Assembly (NCBI RefSeq): GCF_009914755.1
Contig: NC_060930.1
Source: the human T2T-CHM13v2.0 reference genome, Homo sapiens
DNA: 64,000 nucleotides
Direction: 5' to 3' (one strand)
Shown: positions 25,523 to 39,880 of the stretch, piece after piece
Layout: each line of letters begins with the position of its first letter
Position numbering within the stretch: the stretch's first letter is position 1
Translations under genes and position numbers: made by a program
The notes under the pieces: generated by a model
What the model was told of the DNA's origin: nothing
Seen by the model: only the letters and a program-made list of their open reading frames with translations
Databases searched by the model: none

Positions 25523-27699
25523 GAGCAAAGCTTAGTATACTTACAGTAAAGTTAAAAATGAGCAAAATTTTGCTTATTATCAACTGAGTAAAATTGTGCA
25601 GGGTTTATTTCACCAAATTGAAATTTTTGTGACATTAGATAGACTTGCATTCATTTATTTTGACTTTTCCAAATTATTTTATCTTCTATTGCTCAAACCA
25701 GATGGAATAATAGACAAATGAGCTGATCACAATGTCCGTGTGTAAAATCTTTTTGGGAGTATTAAGCATTTTAAATAGTATGCAGTTTATCCTGAAAAGA
25801 GAAAAATAGTTGCTTATTGTCATATTCAGGTTAGGACAAACTAGAGAAGTTGCCCCATGGTGACCAGGCGTTTGGAGTGGAAGAGAAAGGAAGTAGGTGA
25901 AGAAAGGAGAGATAGATAGTACACAATCACCTCAATAGGCAGACTACTTACTTCACAAAACTCCAGGGCTTGTGATTTGTCTTCAGCATTATTGGTTTCC
26001 TTTTTACCCCAGCTATTTCACTAAGTTATGTGGAGTTAACCACAAAATGTGTGTCCTGAGGGTGTGGTAGGGCAGAGTGAGAATAGATAAGTGACTCAAA
26101 GCAATTCCTATGGGGCTGCGAGCCTCTTTAAATATGGTCTGGTCACAAGTTCACCAAAATGGGCCAGGGTTCTGAAACCACGTGTTCCAATCTTGTTCCT
26201 CAATGTACCTTCTGATTATGGAGAAAGATAATTCTCAATTGAGCTATGCATTAGATTCATCCCTGATATGATATACAGATTTGCCAGCATTCATCCTCAC
26301 CTCTCTAGGAAATGGAATGAAAAGCTCTTGACTGTATATGCCACTTTAAACTCCACTGGTGATTCTGAGTCAGAGCCAGGGTGCAGAGCACTAATGTGAG
26401 GACTGAGGTAGGAAATGCCAGTTATTAAAGCCTGCTGATGCAGACGGTTTATGGAAAAGCCACTGTAACTACCTACTAATCTCCACCTTTTCTATTAGCT
26501 TAAGTTATATTTTCAAGGGTATTTGTGTTTGGGACTGAACGGTTTTTCTGGCCACAGGCAGAAACCAGTGGTCTCGTGGCCTTGTGATTTAGAAAGCAGT
26601 AGGAGAAGTAAACATTGTTAAGAGAGGACAAAGGGGAATTTTGTTTTCGCAGAAAACTGCAAACCTTTCTGTAGAGTTAAGCTGTATACTACATATAAGC
26701 AATTAGTGAAAACAACATTGATATGACAACCTTGCAGAAATGATCATGAGCCTCCCATGCTAAACAATGCTACAATATTCTGAAAATTTATAGGCAAATT
26801 ATGTAGAGTTAAGGTGCACAATCAAATACAGTCAATTAATGTTATCACTGTAAATCAAGATTACAGTTTTCCATGCAAATAACAGTTAATAATAAGCATA
26901 AATAACAGCACAAGTGACTCAATTTAGCAAATCACACAGGCTGCTGTGCATGGTCAGTGTACTGAACTGTTGAAGGAAAAATGAGCCAATTTAGTACTGG
27001 CAGAAAGATTGCTCAAATGCTAATTCAATATTAAACAGACATCAAAATAGCTGATAGAACCGAAAGCAAACCACAGGCAAGGAAATTACAGACAAGTAGC
27101 AAACAAACACAAAAGTACTGGAAAGACAAGTTTTAGAAATTTGAAATTAATAGCCAAAGAAACCTCAAAATCCCCTAAAAAATGTAGCCTGTTCAATAGT
27201 GGTTGTGAGACAGAATGCAACACAGAAAGTAGAGGTTACATGCTACAGTGATAAGTCACATTGACTATGTTTGGGCACTGCCACCAAAACTTACCAGATA
27301 TCACTTAGCCTTTTATCTGTAAAAATTGAAAAATATATTAATTTTACCCCATAAAGTTGTCATGACAGCAATTCAAGTTTGTGCACTTAGCATGGAACAC
27401 CGTATATCATAAACACTAAATAGATTTTAGATATTTTTAAAATATATAAAAATTAAACTCTCATGACTTGGCTGCGACAGTTAAGTTGATAGCTCATCAT
27501 GTTACCCAAGACATGTTTTGTTGTTCACATTTTTGCTTAAGGGAATAATTCCACTTTCAGTTGTAGAAAAGTCACTCTTATAACCAAACGTAGTGGAATT
27601 TACCTTTTGTATTACCCCAGGAAGGCTAGAACTAAAGCACACAGCACACAGACCAGGAAGCCCGCTTCTCAAACATACAGACTGACAGCCAGTGTCCTA

Positions 27700-28195
27700 A
27701 CAGTGGCCTATAACATTTTTCGTGATAGGGACCTGCTCACTATAATCTAACCTAAGCTCTTCCTTCCTCACACTTAACCCACATCTCCAGTCACATTGGC
27801 TTCATGGGAGCTCCACAAATATGCCAAGTAAGCTCCACCCTCAGGGATTTGAATACTCTGCCCCCTTTGCCTAGAACATCTTTCCCCATTATCACTGCTC
27901 TTTCTCCTCACTTCCTTCCGGTTTCTCCACAAATATCACTTTATCAGAAAAGGCTCCTTCTTAACGGCCCTACACATTTCTATATGATATAAATTTCAAC
28001 ATCCTTTCATCTATCCTACTTGATTGCTCTCCATGTCACTAATACATTAAAATTCAACTATTTGTTAATGTTCCATTTAGTCCAGTAGAATATAAATAAC
28101 CCTGTAAGCTTGGTTGTCTGTTTTTATCACTACTTTATGTAGCAGCAAGAACAGAGCCTGCACAAATTAGGCACTCAATAAATATCTCTTGAGTT
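27700..28195 (+). mobile_element. L2a 3' portion
   Basis: CTCCAGTCACATTGGCTTC...CCCTCAGGGATTTG...TGCCTAGAACATCTTTCCCC...TAGGCACTCAATAAATAT. Confidence 0.8.
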
Positions 28196-28339
28196 TATAA
28201 AAATATGAAATATGATCTATACTTGCAAGGTTTTTAGAAAAGTATCTGGCATATCATCAGCACTCAATATGTGTAAATTATTGCTTTACTATTATTATTA
28301 ATAAATACTGCTCCTTGAAAAAATTTATGACAATCATGA

Positions 28340-28575
28340 TTATTGCACTTATTGAGGACATACTATGTTTTAGAAAATGTACTCAATTTGTTATAGATAT
28401 TACCTCATTTAATTCATTAAATAATTCTAGGAGGCAGGCATAATTAATGTCATGATTATTCAAGTGAGAAAACAGAGACATTCGGAGCTAAAATTAGTTC
28501 AAACACAAATATTTTATAAAGTATAGAATCTGAATTCTAACCCAGGATATTTGACTTCAGATTCCATCTTTAACA
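28340..28575 (-). mobile_element. MIR
   Basis: TTATTGAGGACATACTATG...CTCATTTAATTC...GTGAGAAAACAGAGAC...GAATTCTAACCCAGG. Confidence 0.7.
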
Positions 28576-29266
28576 TGCAACATTATTTTCTTCACATTTT
28601 TTACCTAGGCAAATTACAATAAGTACTTTGAAAAACAATATTAAAAGCTCAAGAAAACCAAGTGTAACTAACAAAAACTCAATATAGAGTGGTAAAAAAA
28701 AATGTATAAGCTAAATTGCTGTTACTGAGGACCCCCATAATACAATGATGTAAATAAGATAGATATTTATTTCTTTCTCCTCTGACACTTTGGCTGGGTG
28801 AATTTCAGCAGGCTCTTCTTTTTCCTATGCTCATTCAGAACACAGGTTTGTCCCACTTTGTTCCTCTGCCCTTTCCTAGAATGTGTTCTTCATCTGCATA
28901 GTCTAAGTTGTATCACAGCTATGAGCCTATACAGAGAAAGCACATTCAGAGCACTCCCCTCTACAAGCCCATCTGGATTATTCTCACTATGCATAAAGGA
29001 GAGATTGTGTCTTGATGAACAACTAAGCATATTGCAAAAGGACCAAAAAATACCAGAAGAAATAGAGTTTGACTAATTATTTTGCAGATATGCCTTTTGA
29101 GAAAAAGTGTTAAACAAGTTCATTTAAACCAATGGGTTCTTCAGCAATGTGGGAAATTTTTCTACCAACACTGTTGAAAACTGGAAGGAAAGGTTTATTT
29201 AAAAACAACCATGCATCACAAAGATCCTCAGGCCATGACTATTGAGCAAGCAGTGCTTAGGGTTTT

Positions 29267-29566
29267 GTTTTGTTTTTTACTTTTATTTTAAGTTCAGGGG
29301 TACATGTGCGGGTTTGTTACATAGGTAAACTTGTGTCATGGGGGTTTGTTGTACAGATTATTTCATCATCTAGGTATTAAGCCTAGTACTCATTAGTTAT
29401 TTTTCCTTATACTCTCCCTCCTCCAATCCTTCACCCTCGGATAGGCCGAAGTGTGTGTTGTTCTCCCTTACGTCTCTGTGTGTTCTCATCATTTAGCTCC
29501 TGCTTATAAGTGAGAACATGTGGTATTTGGTTTTCTGTTCTGATGGAGCTGGAGCCCATTACTCTT
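29267..29566 (-). mobile_element. Short L1PA (L1PA11-16-like) 3' end with 25-bp 5' inversion and 15-bp TSD
   Basis: TTTTAAGTTCAGGGGTACATGTGC...ATAAGTGAGAACATG; inverted piece 29542-29566; TSD AGTGCTTAGGGTTTT at 29252-29266 and 29567-29581 followed by AA. Confidence 0.93.
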
Positions 29567-29875
29567 AGTGCTTAGGGTTTTAAAGGTACAGAAAGAAATG
29601 CAGAATTTTACCAGGTACCATGCAACAGTACTTTTAAGTTGTATAGGAATAAGAAACTTGCAGTTGGTAAATCTGAATTGTTCTTTTCAGTTTAATTTGT
29701 GCTCAGACATGGTGACAGATGGTCTTATTTTTGTTCACTCCATGGTGGTTAGAGTGACTCCTTGTCTAATGTTGGTATTCTGTGAAATTGTTTATTTTTT
29801 ATAGGAGAACACCACAATCTAAGTGTTAAAGTAAGGCCAATTCCCTGTGAAGTAGTCAGAAGGGTTTCTAATCCT

Positions 29876-30075
29876 CAGGGTTGCCAAATAAAATACAAGA
29901 TGAAATATAGAAATACAAGATGAATTTCAGATAAACAGTGAGTAACTTTTATAGTATATGGTTGTCCCATGCTAAATTTGGGACATACTTTACTTATACT
30001 TAAAAAAAATCCATTATCTATCTGAAATTCAATTAACTGAGTGTCTTATATATATTTGCTAAACCTAATAACTGT
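29876..30075. mobile_element. MER53 palindromic hAT MITE
   Basis: AGGGTTGCCAAATAAAATACA...GAATTTCAGATAAAC...TGTCCCA-loop-TGGGACATACTT...TATCTGAAATTC...TTTGCTAAA. Confidence 0.88.
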
Positions 30076-33000
30076 TTCTCCCAATCCCCTTTTCAGATTA
30101 AGTTTAGAATTAAGGGGACTAAATTTAGCCCTGCACCATCTTACCCTACCCTCAACCCTGAGAGTGTTATTGGAGTTTATAGCAGATCTGGAACTTACTT
30201 GTTAATTGGTCCCTTTAGCCCAGTCCTTTACAGATCCTCTAACTATAATTGAACAGTTATTCCAATGGAGACACTTTGTTAGTTGGCTATGAATAACTTT
30301 CTTATATTTGGAAATAAGTTCATTTCAGACCTATCTCTGAGGATGATTTAGCATCATCACCTGCCTCCATTGCCCCCATGCCACCCTCCCCACCAACACA
30401 ACCACACACAGCTAGAGAAATGAATGTGATGACAAGACTGAAGTATGGTGGCATGGAAAACTATCATACGTATATCATGGTTTATGTTCATTCATAAGAA
30501 GTTGGGTACATCTGTTTTTAAAAAGTTGAATAAAATTTAAAATACACAAGGGTTTAGATTTCATTTTTAAATAGAAACAGTATTAAAAGTTTTAAAAATT
30601 TACTATTTTATGGTAATAAATATCACTCAACCATTAATTGGACTTTTGTATAATAAATTTGATGAAAAAAACCCATTTTAAGAGAAAAATGAAATATATA
30701 AACCTGAAGTCTTCATAGTATTTCAATGCTTTTAAAAAGCATAATGGTTCTGAATGTTCCAGCTCAGGCTCTCATGCTAGGGTCCATATGCCCCTAACAC
30801 TGAAACAGCAGTGTTCTGGCACATGCTTTATAATTTCCACCAACCATTGAGGACAGTCCAAAGAGTAAATTGGATGAATGATTAATTCTGATGCTAATCT
30901 GAACATAGCAATGCAATGGTTGTATTCTCAAAGCTGTTTCACTCTTGACGCCTTATGTGGCTGGCACAGAGGAGCTGTATCACTCATGAGGAGTCTGTTG
31001 CCTTGCATGAGACAGAGGTGAGGAAGCCTCTGCTAGGGTTGGAAGACTCTATGTTCTGAAATTCATTAACTGCCCCAAAAGCCCAATTATTAAGGACATT
31101 CTGCAGGACTCTTCCTGCATGAAATTAGAAGGAAAGCAGCCTACCTACTTAGTGATCTTTGGAATGGGAATGAACTGATATACTACTTAGAGTTCTGCCA
31201 AAAAGCATGGAACCCTTTGTAGGTCAGACTACTTGCTCTGACTCATACCTTACAAGTTACAGCAGAATAAAAGCTTCTCAAAAACACTTGAAATCTGGGA
31301 ATATATTTTTTCCTAAATAATATTTCCCTTAAAAGTTCTCAAGAGTTAAATCTCCAAGCGGGGAGAAATCTGTACAAATCATATATACATTGGATATTCT
31401 ATATATGTGTTATATTAAATAAAAACGTTGATTCTTTTTTATATACCCTCAATTTTAACTGAAGGAATTGATTTTTAAAAGTTTTATTAATAATAACAAT
31501 TGATTTCACATCTACAACTACCATTTAAAAGTTATGCAAATTTTTGTCTTTGAAAATGAACAATAGCAATAATATATAGTGCTTATAAATATTATATATA
31601 ATACAACAATGTAATATATTATATTAATACACTATATAGCTTATTGTGTAGCTGTATTATTCTAAGCTCTTTGGGTGCTATAAGTAAATACTGTACTGCT
31701 GTAGGATATTGATGTAATTTATTATATAAATTAGAATAACTACAATTACAAATGTGCAAAAAATTGCACTTAAAAGGATGTGTTATTAAATCATCTGTCT
31801 CAGAGATTTATGTATTTTGTGTTACCATAATAAAATCACTTAGTGTGAAGTTAATTTTCTAATATTACCATCCTTTATATATATCCGGTTCTAAACTAAA
31901 TAGCATTTCTATTATTTAGTATTTCTTATACCTATCTCTTGCTATCCTTTTACGAACTTTTCTGGTGAAGCTTTGGTCAGTCCAAAAATAATAACTCAGT
32001 TTTTTTCTTGGTTATTCCTTAAACCAACCTCTATGTTTTCCTTTATAGTCTCATTTTCAATTAATTCTACAAAATAAAATGATCCTTCTTACTCATTATC
32101 ATGACTGTTGATCATTTTTGGTATCATCTGTTTTAAATGTTTTAGAGCAAGTATAGTCTAGTTTATTTTCTATGCTGCCAAGCACAATATATTATCCTTA
32201 TATTATTATTTGATAACTTTAAAAAATGCTTAATTTCCACATGTGCTGTATTTTTATATGAATCATTCATCTGTGAGTTTGAAATAAAACAATTTCACTA
32301 TTTCTTTTGGCCAAGGACATACCTTTGGTTTCCCGTCTATTAATCTTCTATTTAAACACTAACTAGCTGTATTTCTTCTGTGCTTTCAGTTCATATATCC
32401 TAGAGATCAAATTTCAGTTTTATATCTGTTAAAAGAATGTTTATGAAAAGTGAGAGCCCTAAAGGGGATAACTTTAGATAACTTTCCCACTGTTCAGTAG
32501 ATTATGCATATTTAAAATATGATATGATTTTTAAAGCTGCCAAATAATTTAGTTATATAAGAATCTAATGACCATTTGGGAGATATGAAGATATTTCTAG
32601 AAATTAACTTAAGGAGAAGATTAACATACATAATTCTTAGACCAAAGCAGGTTCCTTAAGTATGCTGTAGCAAATAGGATTTCACTCTACAATAGTGAAA
32701 CATTTAAACTATGTGTACCAATTAATAAAAATTATTGGAAAATGTATTGAAAATATCAATAGCCTAAAGTGAAAACAGGATATAACAAGTGGTGGGCAAC
32801 ATTTTTATTTCCTTTGGAAATTTAAAATATCCTTATATATTAATAAAAGTTTATATCACAATTTGCAATTTGGGAGTTATGGACAAAACAGTGCTTCAAC
32901 TCATTCTAGTAATTATCTTAGAGCTATAATTATGGATTCATTATCAATCTACTCTCTACTGGAATGCTGAGATTTCAGTCCTGATTGGTATTCTAGGTAT

Positions 33001-36000
33001 GATTTCTGGATACTAAAAGACTAGGAAAAACAGACAACATGAGTTGAGCTTCCTTTAAGATTCATGAAATCCTAGAATAACTTTTCAATTAGTTAGCTAA
33101 AAGCAGCAAGATCTTTTGGAAAGTGGTTATTGTAAAGAATCATTACTGAATATAACACCAGCTATAATAGGCAGAAAAATGATAGTATACATTCATGAGA
33201 TAATAAATAAAACAGTTTTTCATCAAAGGCAGGAAAATTTATGACCTTACTACAATTTGTATCCTCAACTCCTATTATTTTTACCAGACACAAAATTGGC
33301 TCCAGAAACGTAGCTAATTCTCTCTCTCACCTTAAGATCATCAACAGTAACTTCAGAGTGGAATTAACTATGCTGAATTATAGATTGACAACAGATTTAA
33401 TAGTGTTTAATTTTACCATAGGCCAGAAAACATCATCTATGCAGACATGGAATTTTCAATATAAAGAAATGTCATCATCATGAATAATTGAAAAGGGATT
33501 TACTATGTGATTCATTGATACCAAGAATAAAATCTTTCAAATCTGTTGCTGTTCAAAGTGGTAATATTGCAATTCTATAGGCATTCTCTAAAAACATCCT
33601 TAAATACCATGTCAGCAGAGAGATGCAGAAAGCTATAATTTGCAAGTGGTAAAATTGAAACAAAGATATTATAAATTAGTTCTTCTACTTACATGATTAA
33701 AAACATTTTTATTTCTTTATTTTCAAGGTAACAGCTAGCACATCTTTCTTTTAGTAGTTTATATTTGTATTTTACATTAAAATGTAAATGCTTAGGATAT
33801 GGACAAAAGGAAAAATATAAAATTTACTAGTGGAAAATATACATTTAGCTTATTTCTTCTTCTTGAATAATAACTCAATTTTCTGGAAATTTAGTTGGCC
33901 ATGGTCCAAGAAAACGATTTCACTGCAGAGATATTAGTTGCCAGTATAATCAAGAATATGTCCAAATGTGTCTCTAAAATCAATGAGGTGTCCTGCCAAG
34001 TACTGCTGACCATAAAACTTAAAATTATATTGATCTCTTCTCAAATAGAGAGGGTTAATAATGTATTTTTAATAGAAAACAAATGGGTGTGATGAGATCA
34101 TAAAATTCTGTGCAAACAATAATTTAAGTCCTATTAATCTCTACACTATCATGGCTAAGAACAGTTTTCAAACATCACATAATGAAATGATTACACTAAG
34201 GCAAATTTCTGAGTAAAAGAGATGATTAAAACACTGAGAATTTACCAGAACTGCAAGAAGAGACGTGTTGAGTGGGTCAGTAGACATATTTACTGTTATA
34301 AAAATCTACATAAATGAGCCTAGACAGAGAAAGCATCTGTGAATTTGTTAAATTTGAAAACTCTGAGGAGAATAATAAATATAGAGCAGGCAGTATGAAA
34401 AAAAAGTCAGTGAAGTTGGCACTCTGCTGTGCTAAAAGTAGTCGAATGTACAAAAATGGAACCTTATACAGCTGGCTTAAGTATAAAGAACCAAAATACA
34501 GAGCCAAAAAATCTAGTGCATTAAGAGCCCTTATAGAATATTCAATACAAAAATTTAAGTTTCTATTAATATTATGAAATGTATTTGGGGCACATATAGT
34601 TAAGAGAAAGAAAAAGGATTTCAGAAAAACACTTTAGAATAGACAAAATGATTTATGTGGAACTAATATCGGTCTGACACTAACCATATATACTATCATT
34701 GAACCATGTCTACTGTCTATCCATCTAGTTATCTCTTAAATAGTGTATTAGAGTCAGTTAAAAAGTAGTTGTTACAGGTAACAGAAATAATAATTTTCCT
34801 GTTCATTATAGAAAATATACCTCATGACCAATATTAGGGCAATTACGTTTATAATGTCTCCTTAAACCTATAATATATGTGTATTAACGTGTTTAATTAT
34901 TTAAAAATCATTTATTATTAATTAATATTGAAAAACATTACAAACAATATTTTATTCTGTCTGATAGACAGGTTTGTGTTGAATTAAACATTTTCAAAAC
35001 TTACGTCCAAACTATTACCATGTTAAATCACTGTCCTAATTTTCTGGTTATCAGCAAACAACTCAAAAGGGATCTACACTCCCTGGATCTATAACTGTCA
35101 GAGACTGGCTTCCTGCTATATTGATAGAAGTCCAGGTAGACATGATCAGAGAGTTTTATCTCCTACTTTGACACTATCATAGTGACAAGATGTTCCTCAG
35201 AGTACACTTGGACTCAGTAAGTTCTATTACATGATTTCTGTTTCATGGCAAATTTGGGACTAAAATTCATTCACCTAGTCATTCTCTAATTCAAAACTAT
35301 TTGTCATCTATTATCCAAGGTTGCGTTAGGCACTAGGAGTGCATTGGTTACTAGACAACTCAGGGCCCTGAGCTCATTATCTGGGAATAACTGAAAAATA
35401 AATTCTTATTAACTTTTAAATGATGAAATTTAATAAAGCAGTAAATTACAGACACACAGTGAATTTCAGATGCCTCCAAGAAAACAATACATCATATATT
35501 GGAGTTTTACAATTATTCCTCTTCTCTTGAGGGTTGATAATACTTTCCAAGCCTAATTTGTATTCTATTTTTAGAATACAACCCTGCTTTATTCTATTTA
35601 TTTGGTCTTCTTGTTCTTGTCCATCTTCTGAAGTTGGTTAATCACCATTGATACCACAACCTGAGTTAATCATTGTCTCAGAAGACCTCCATCTTCATTC
35701 CAATGTGCACTGCACTGCCTGGGGCTTGCCTACTCCCTCAATAAGTGTCCTAGCATGATATTTCCATAATTTTGAGGGCTTGCTACCCACTAATAAAGCC
35801 TCATAATTGTGTTTCTGTGCTTTCTGAAGTTCAACTTTGTCTTGTATATGTTCTATGTACCTCATGCACTGTGAAGTATGCCCAGGGAGGCTTCCATTAC
35901 TATCTTTCTTCTGCACCAAGATGTCGGGCTTTCTCCCCCGTGTCCTCTATTTGCCTCCACTACTTATAGTCTACCATACTTTGCTGTCTGTTCAGGTTCT

Positions 36001-36299
36001 TTCTTTCTCTATTAATCAATTTTGTCTTTCTGACTTTTTTCATGGAAAGAGAAATTATTTATTTACCTGTTAGTAAGCCCTGCCATTTTTAGATGAAAAT
36101 CCTTGCTGTCTATCTCCTGCTGAAAGAAAGAAATTGCTCCAAAAAAACTTGAACATCTTTTTTTGGGAAGTACTGTTCATTTCATTTTAAAAGTCCATAA
36201 CTGAACAATTGTATTGTAAATCTCACCACAAACTATAAATATAGTAACCCACTTAATACAATGACTGGGCCCTGACATAATAGCCTACCTTTCTGTGTG

Positions 36300-37200
36300 T
36301 GCTCCAGTTATTGATGGCCACACAAGTCTCTCTCATTTAGACCTAGTTAGAAAATGTGATTATCATTTCTTTAGAATTAACATTCCTAAAAACAATGTTA
36401 TCTACATATTGCCCAGACCACCTCATGGCTTCCTTTTCCTCATGACTTTCCTATTTCTAGCATCATCTATTTATATAAGCTAAAGACTTTGAGTCTCTTC
36501 TCTTCATCAGTGCTTTTCTATCCGCCAAATCCCAAATTCACTTGGGTTTTTGGCTGTACCTACTCAGGCATTTCTTCTTTATTCTAAATGTAACTGTCCT
36601 GGTAGAATCCCTTACAAACTTTAACTGAGAATACTCTCTAAACTGATCTTTCCATTTCCACTCACTTTTATTCTTCCAGTCAAATTATTATACTTTTTTG
36701 CTTCATGGCAACTGATTTTAAAAATACCTGCAATATCTCCTGAGTGACTAGAGAATTAATCCAATATTTCAACCTACTCTTATCTTTATTTTTTATATAT
36801 CTACCGTTCATGAGATAGCCTTTTCTTTTAATATTATTTATGCTTTTCTACCTCTATCACTTCTAATAAAAGGTTGCTTCTGCCTATCGAATGTTTTCAC
36901 ATTCTATCTCAGAGCCATGCCTCTCCCCTAATATTTATGTTCAAATTATACTCATTGTTGAAATCTCAATCAAAATATTACTCCTGTCTATGGTCCTCCT
37001 ATAAGTCAGAGCCAATCTCTTCTTCTATACTTTGTATCATTGATTCCCGTTACTTGTCTTTCACCTTCATTTTCTTTGCTTTGTCATACCCTTACCTTAT
37101 AGTTAGTATTATTTCTTTTCCAAATGTATTGTAAAAAATTACTTATTTTTTCTCCTAGAATTTAATTGCATCTTGAGAAAATAAACTGTGTTACCAATTT
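36300..37200 (+). mobile_element. Highly degraded L2
   Basis: C/T-rich block with scattered L2-like motifs. Confidence 0.4.
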
Positions 37201-38494
37201 AATGAAAATAAAATGAGTTGTGGAATCAGACAGCCCTAGTCTGCCTGTGACCTGAGAAATTCTGAGGAATTTGGACAAGGTGTGGACTAGAGCCTTGCAA
37301 GTATAAGCAGTCCCAGTGTTAAGATGAGGAATGTAGCTTTATTATCAGAAATAGAATAATCACATGTAACCTGTGTCAATTGAGCAGATAACCTTCAATA
37401 TCTAAGTGTCTTCCATGAATATAAGCCCAGAAACTGAAGAGGTAGCATGTCATCATCCTGAGGACGCTAAAGCCTCTGCATTGTTTTTGTTTTATGCCTC
37501 ATCCCGCTCTATTTCTGTGAAGACATCACCTCATCTTGTTAATAACTGGACTATTTGAAGACTTTTTTCAGGCCATAGTCTTTCACCAGCCATTTTCACC
37601 TAGAGATCTCTGATTTGGCTGGGAAAAGAGTGTCTATCCAACCAGCCAACCATGGCATCTCTTACTTAGGCATTTCCATAAAGCTCCCTAAATTTGATTA
37701 ATTATTCCTCCAGAAGATAAGATTAGAAAAAAATATTGAAAGTTGTACATTTGCCTAAGACAACTTTTGTCTTATTTCCTGCAATAGTCTCAGGGGATGC
37801 AAATGGGATTACAGGCTGAGGAATGATCATTGTGTATGGCCTCACTTCTCCAGCAGTTACCATATAGAGGATGCACTCAGGTTATGACAACAGCTGCTAG
37901 CCAATTAACAGTGAGATTCTGCCATGTAGGAGAGAGACAACAGAGAGGATTTTCTAAACTCTTAAGCCCTTTGCTGCACCACACAAAACTCAAGCATATG
38001 TAATTTATGGAGTGAGAAGTAAAAGTTATAAGCTTTTGAGCAGAAGCCATGGCACCTAGAAATGATATCTGACTTCCTGGAATAGTTCCTTAATTTAAAA
38101 TTATGCATAGTTTTTATTGTCATGGCTATGTATCACAAAGTCATATCCACACTCTGGATGACAAGATTACACAATAGGGTGGATACTAGGAGGCAAACTC
38201 GTTGGGAGCACCTTTGCACTGTCCACCACAATGTTTGACTTTCAAAACGTAATTCACCTAAAAATATGTAATTGGTTAGAGTTGAAGTTAAGTGTAGAAG
38301 CTAGAGCAATAGTATCACTTGTGCAAGTTAACCATATAAGAATAATAAAAGCAATACCAATGGTTCAGTTCAACAAGAAGTATCAGAAAAAGACAGAAGA
38401 AAAGATCTCAAGAGATGTTTACAACTAAGGAGGAGAAAGTGGAATTAGTAACAACGACATGGGGAAGAGTGTCCAGAGGGTTTACAAGGAATCT

Positions 38495-38720
38495 TGGCAG
38501 AAGGCAAAGAAGCTTGGATGTAGATAGGCATAAATCCAGAACTCCTCTCTTTTCACCAAGTAAGTAGCTATGTGATTTTGAGCAAGTTATTTATCAGTTC
38601 TGAGCCATAATTCTTTTACAAAAATGGTTTAGCTCTATTTGGCTGGCACAAACCTGAGGAAGATTAAATGCCATAAGACATAAAAAATACCTAGCACAGT
38701 TAATATGCAAAAACTTCTTG
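38495..38720 (+). mobile_element. MIR
   Basis: TAGCTATGTGATTTTGAGCAAGTTATTTA...TCTGAGCC...GAAGATTAAATG...CCTAGCACAG. Confidence 0.75.
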
Positions 38721-39369
38721 CTATTAGGAAATGAACCAAGATATAGTATTATGAAGGCTATAACCCTTAAATATAAAGTAAGCTTCAAATGTGGTACTAG
38801 ATTAAGGAGGTATATTTTTCATAACTCTATATCGAGCATCTCCTCATATCTTAAATTGAAAGGCTTAAAACAGAATCAGGTAACTTTAGGCTACCCAAAT
38901 TCCTAGGCCCACAACATTCTTGCACTAAAAATAAATAAATAAAAAGCAGGTCATAAACAGTTCCTGTGTTTTGAGCTAAATTTATAGCTGAACTAAGTAT
39001 GTAGCAGATGCTCAGAGCATTCTTGTTTTACTATCACAAATGGCAAGGAAAAAATCCTGCTAGGATAAATTCAAGTACAGCAGTCCAGTTGGTGGATATT
39101 TCAAGTCAAGGCCCGCTTGCAGAAGCACAGCTGCACAGCTGCACAGCTGTCTTCCTGACATCATTCCAGAATCTCAAAGTAGCCAAAGAGTAGTCATACC
39201 TGCAGTTAAAATCAACTAGGTTGAGTGTGCAAACTCCTGAGGGAGGCTTCAATTACATTAATAGAGCTGAGCTTCAGTATTATTTGTGACCAAATTTTTA
39301 AACTAAATTATAAGAGTACTGTAATTTATAATTTATACACAATATAGTTTATTTTTAACCATGCTTTAT

Positions 39370-39880
39370 TAGAGAATCTTTATGACACAAAATTAGAAAA
39401 ACAACTAAAACTAAAAACTTGTCCATAACCCAGAAATCTGAAGACAATCTATTTAAATAATCTGGTTTATAGCCTTCAAATCACATTGATGTATACATAT
39501 ATATATAATGTTTGTACGTATGTATAAACACATATGCATGTTTAAAATATAAATTTTAAATATGGATCATACTTTATATACTGCTTAATAAACTACTTTT
39601 TCTGTATTTAATATCTCTTAGAAATAGCATAAGCCATTAAATATTCTTGAAAATGTAACTTAAATTACTATATAATAATTTGTTTAATTCAACCAATTTT
39701 TTATCATTGGCCATTTAGGTATCATGTTTTTAAATTACATTAAAGTAGCACTGCACAGAACATATGTATGTTCATTTATACACACACAGAGTTGTGGTCA
39801 CCATCGATAGTTTAATTTACGATAAATTCCTAGATAAAAATTTTCACATCAAAATGTGTATGTGTGTATATACATACACA
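39370..39880 (-). mobile_element. L1ME 3' end
   Basis: AAATATGGATCATACTTTATATACTG...TTGGCCATTTAGGT...GCACTGCACAGAACAT...GATAAATTCCTAGA. Confidence 0.6.
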
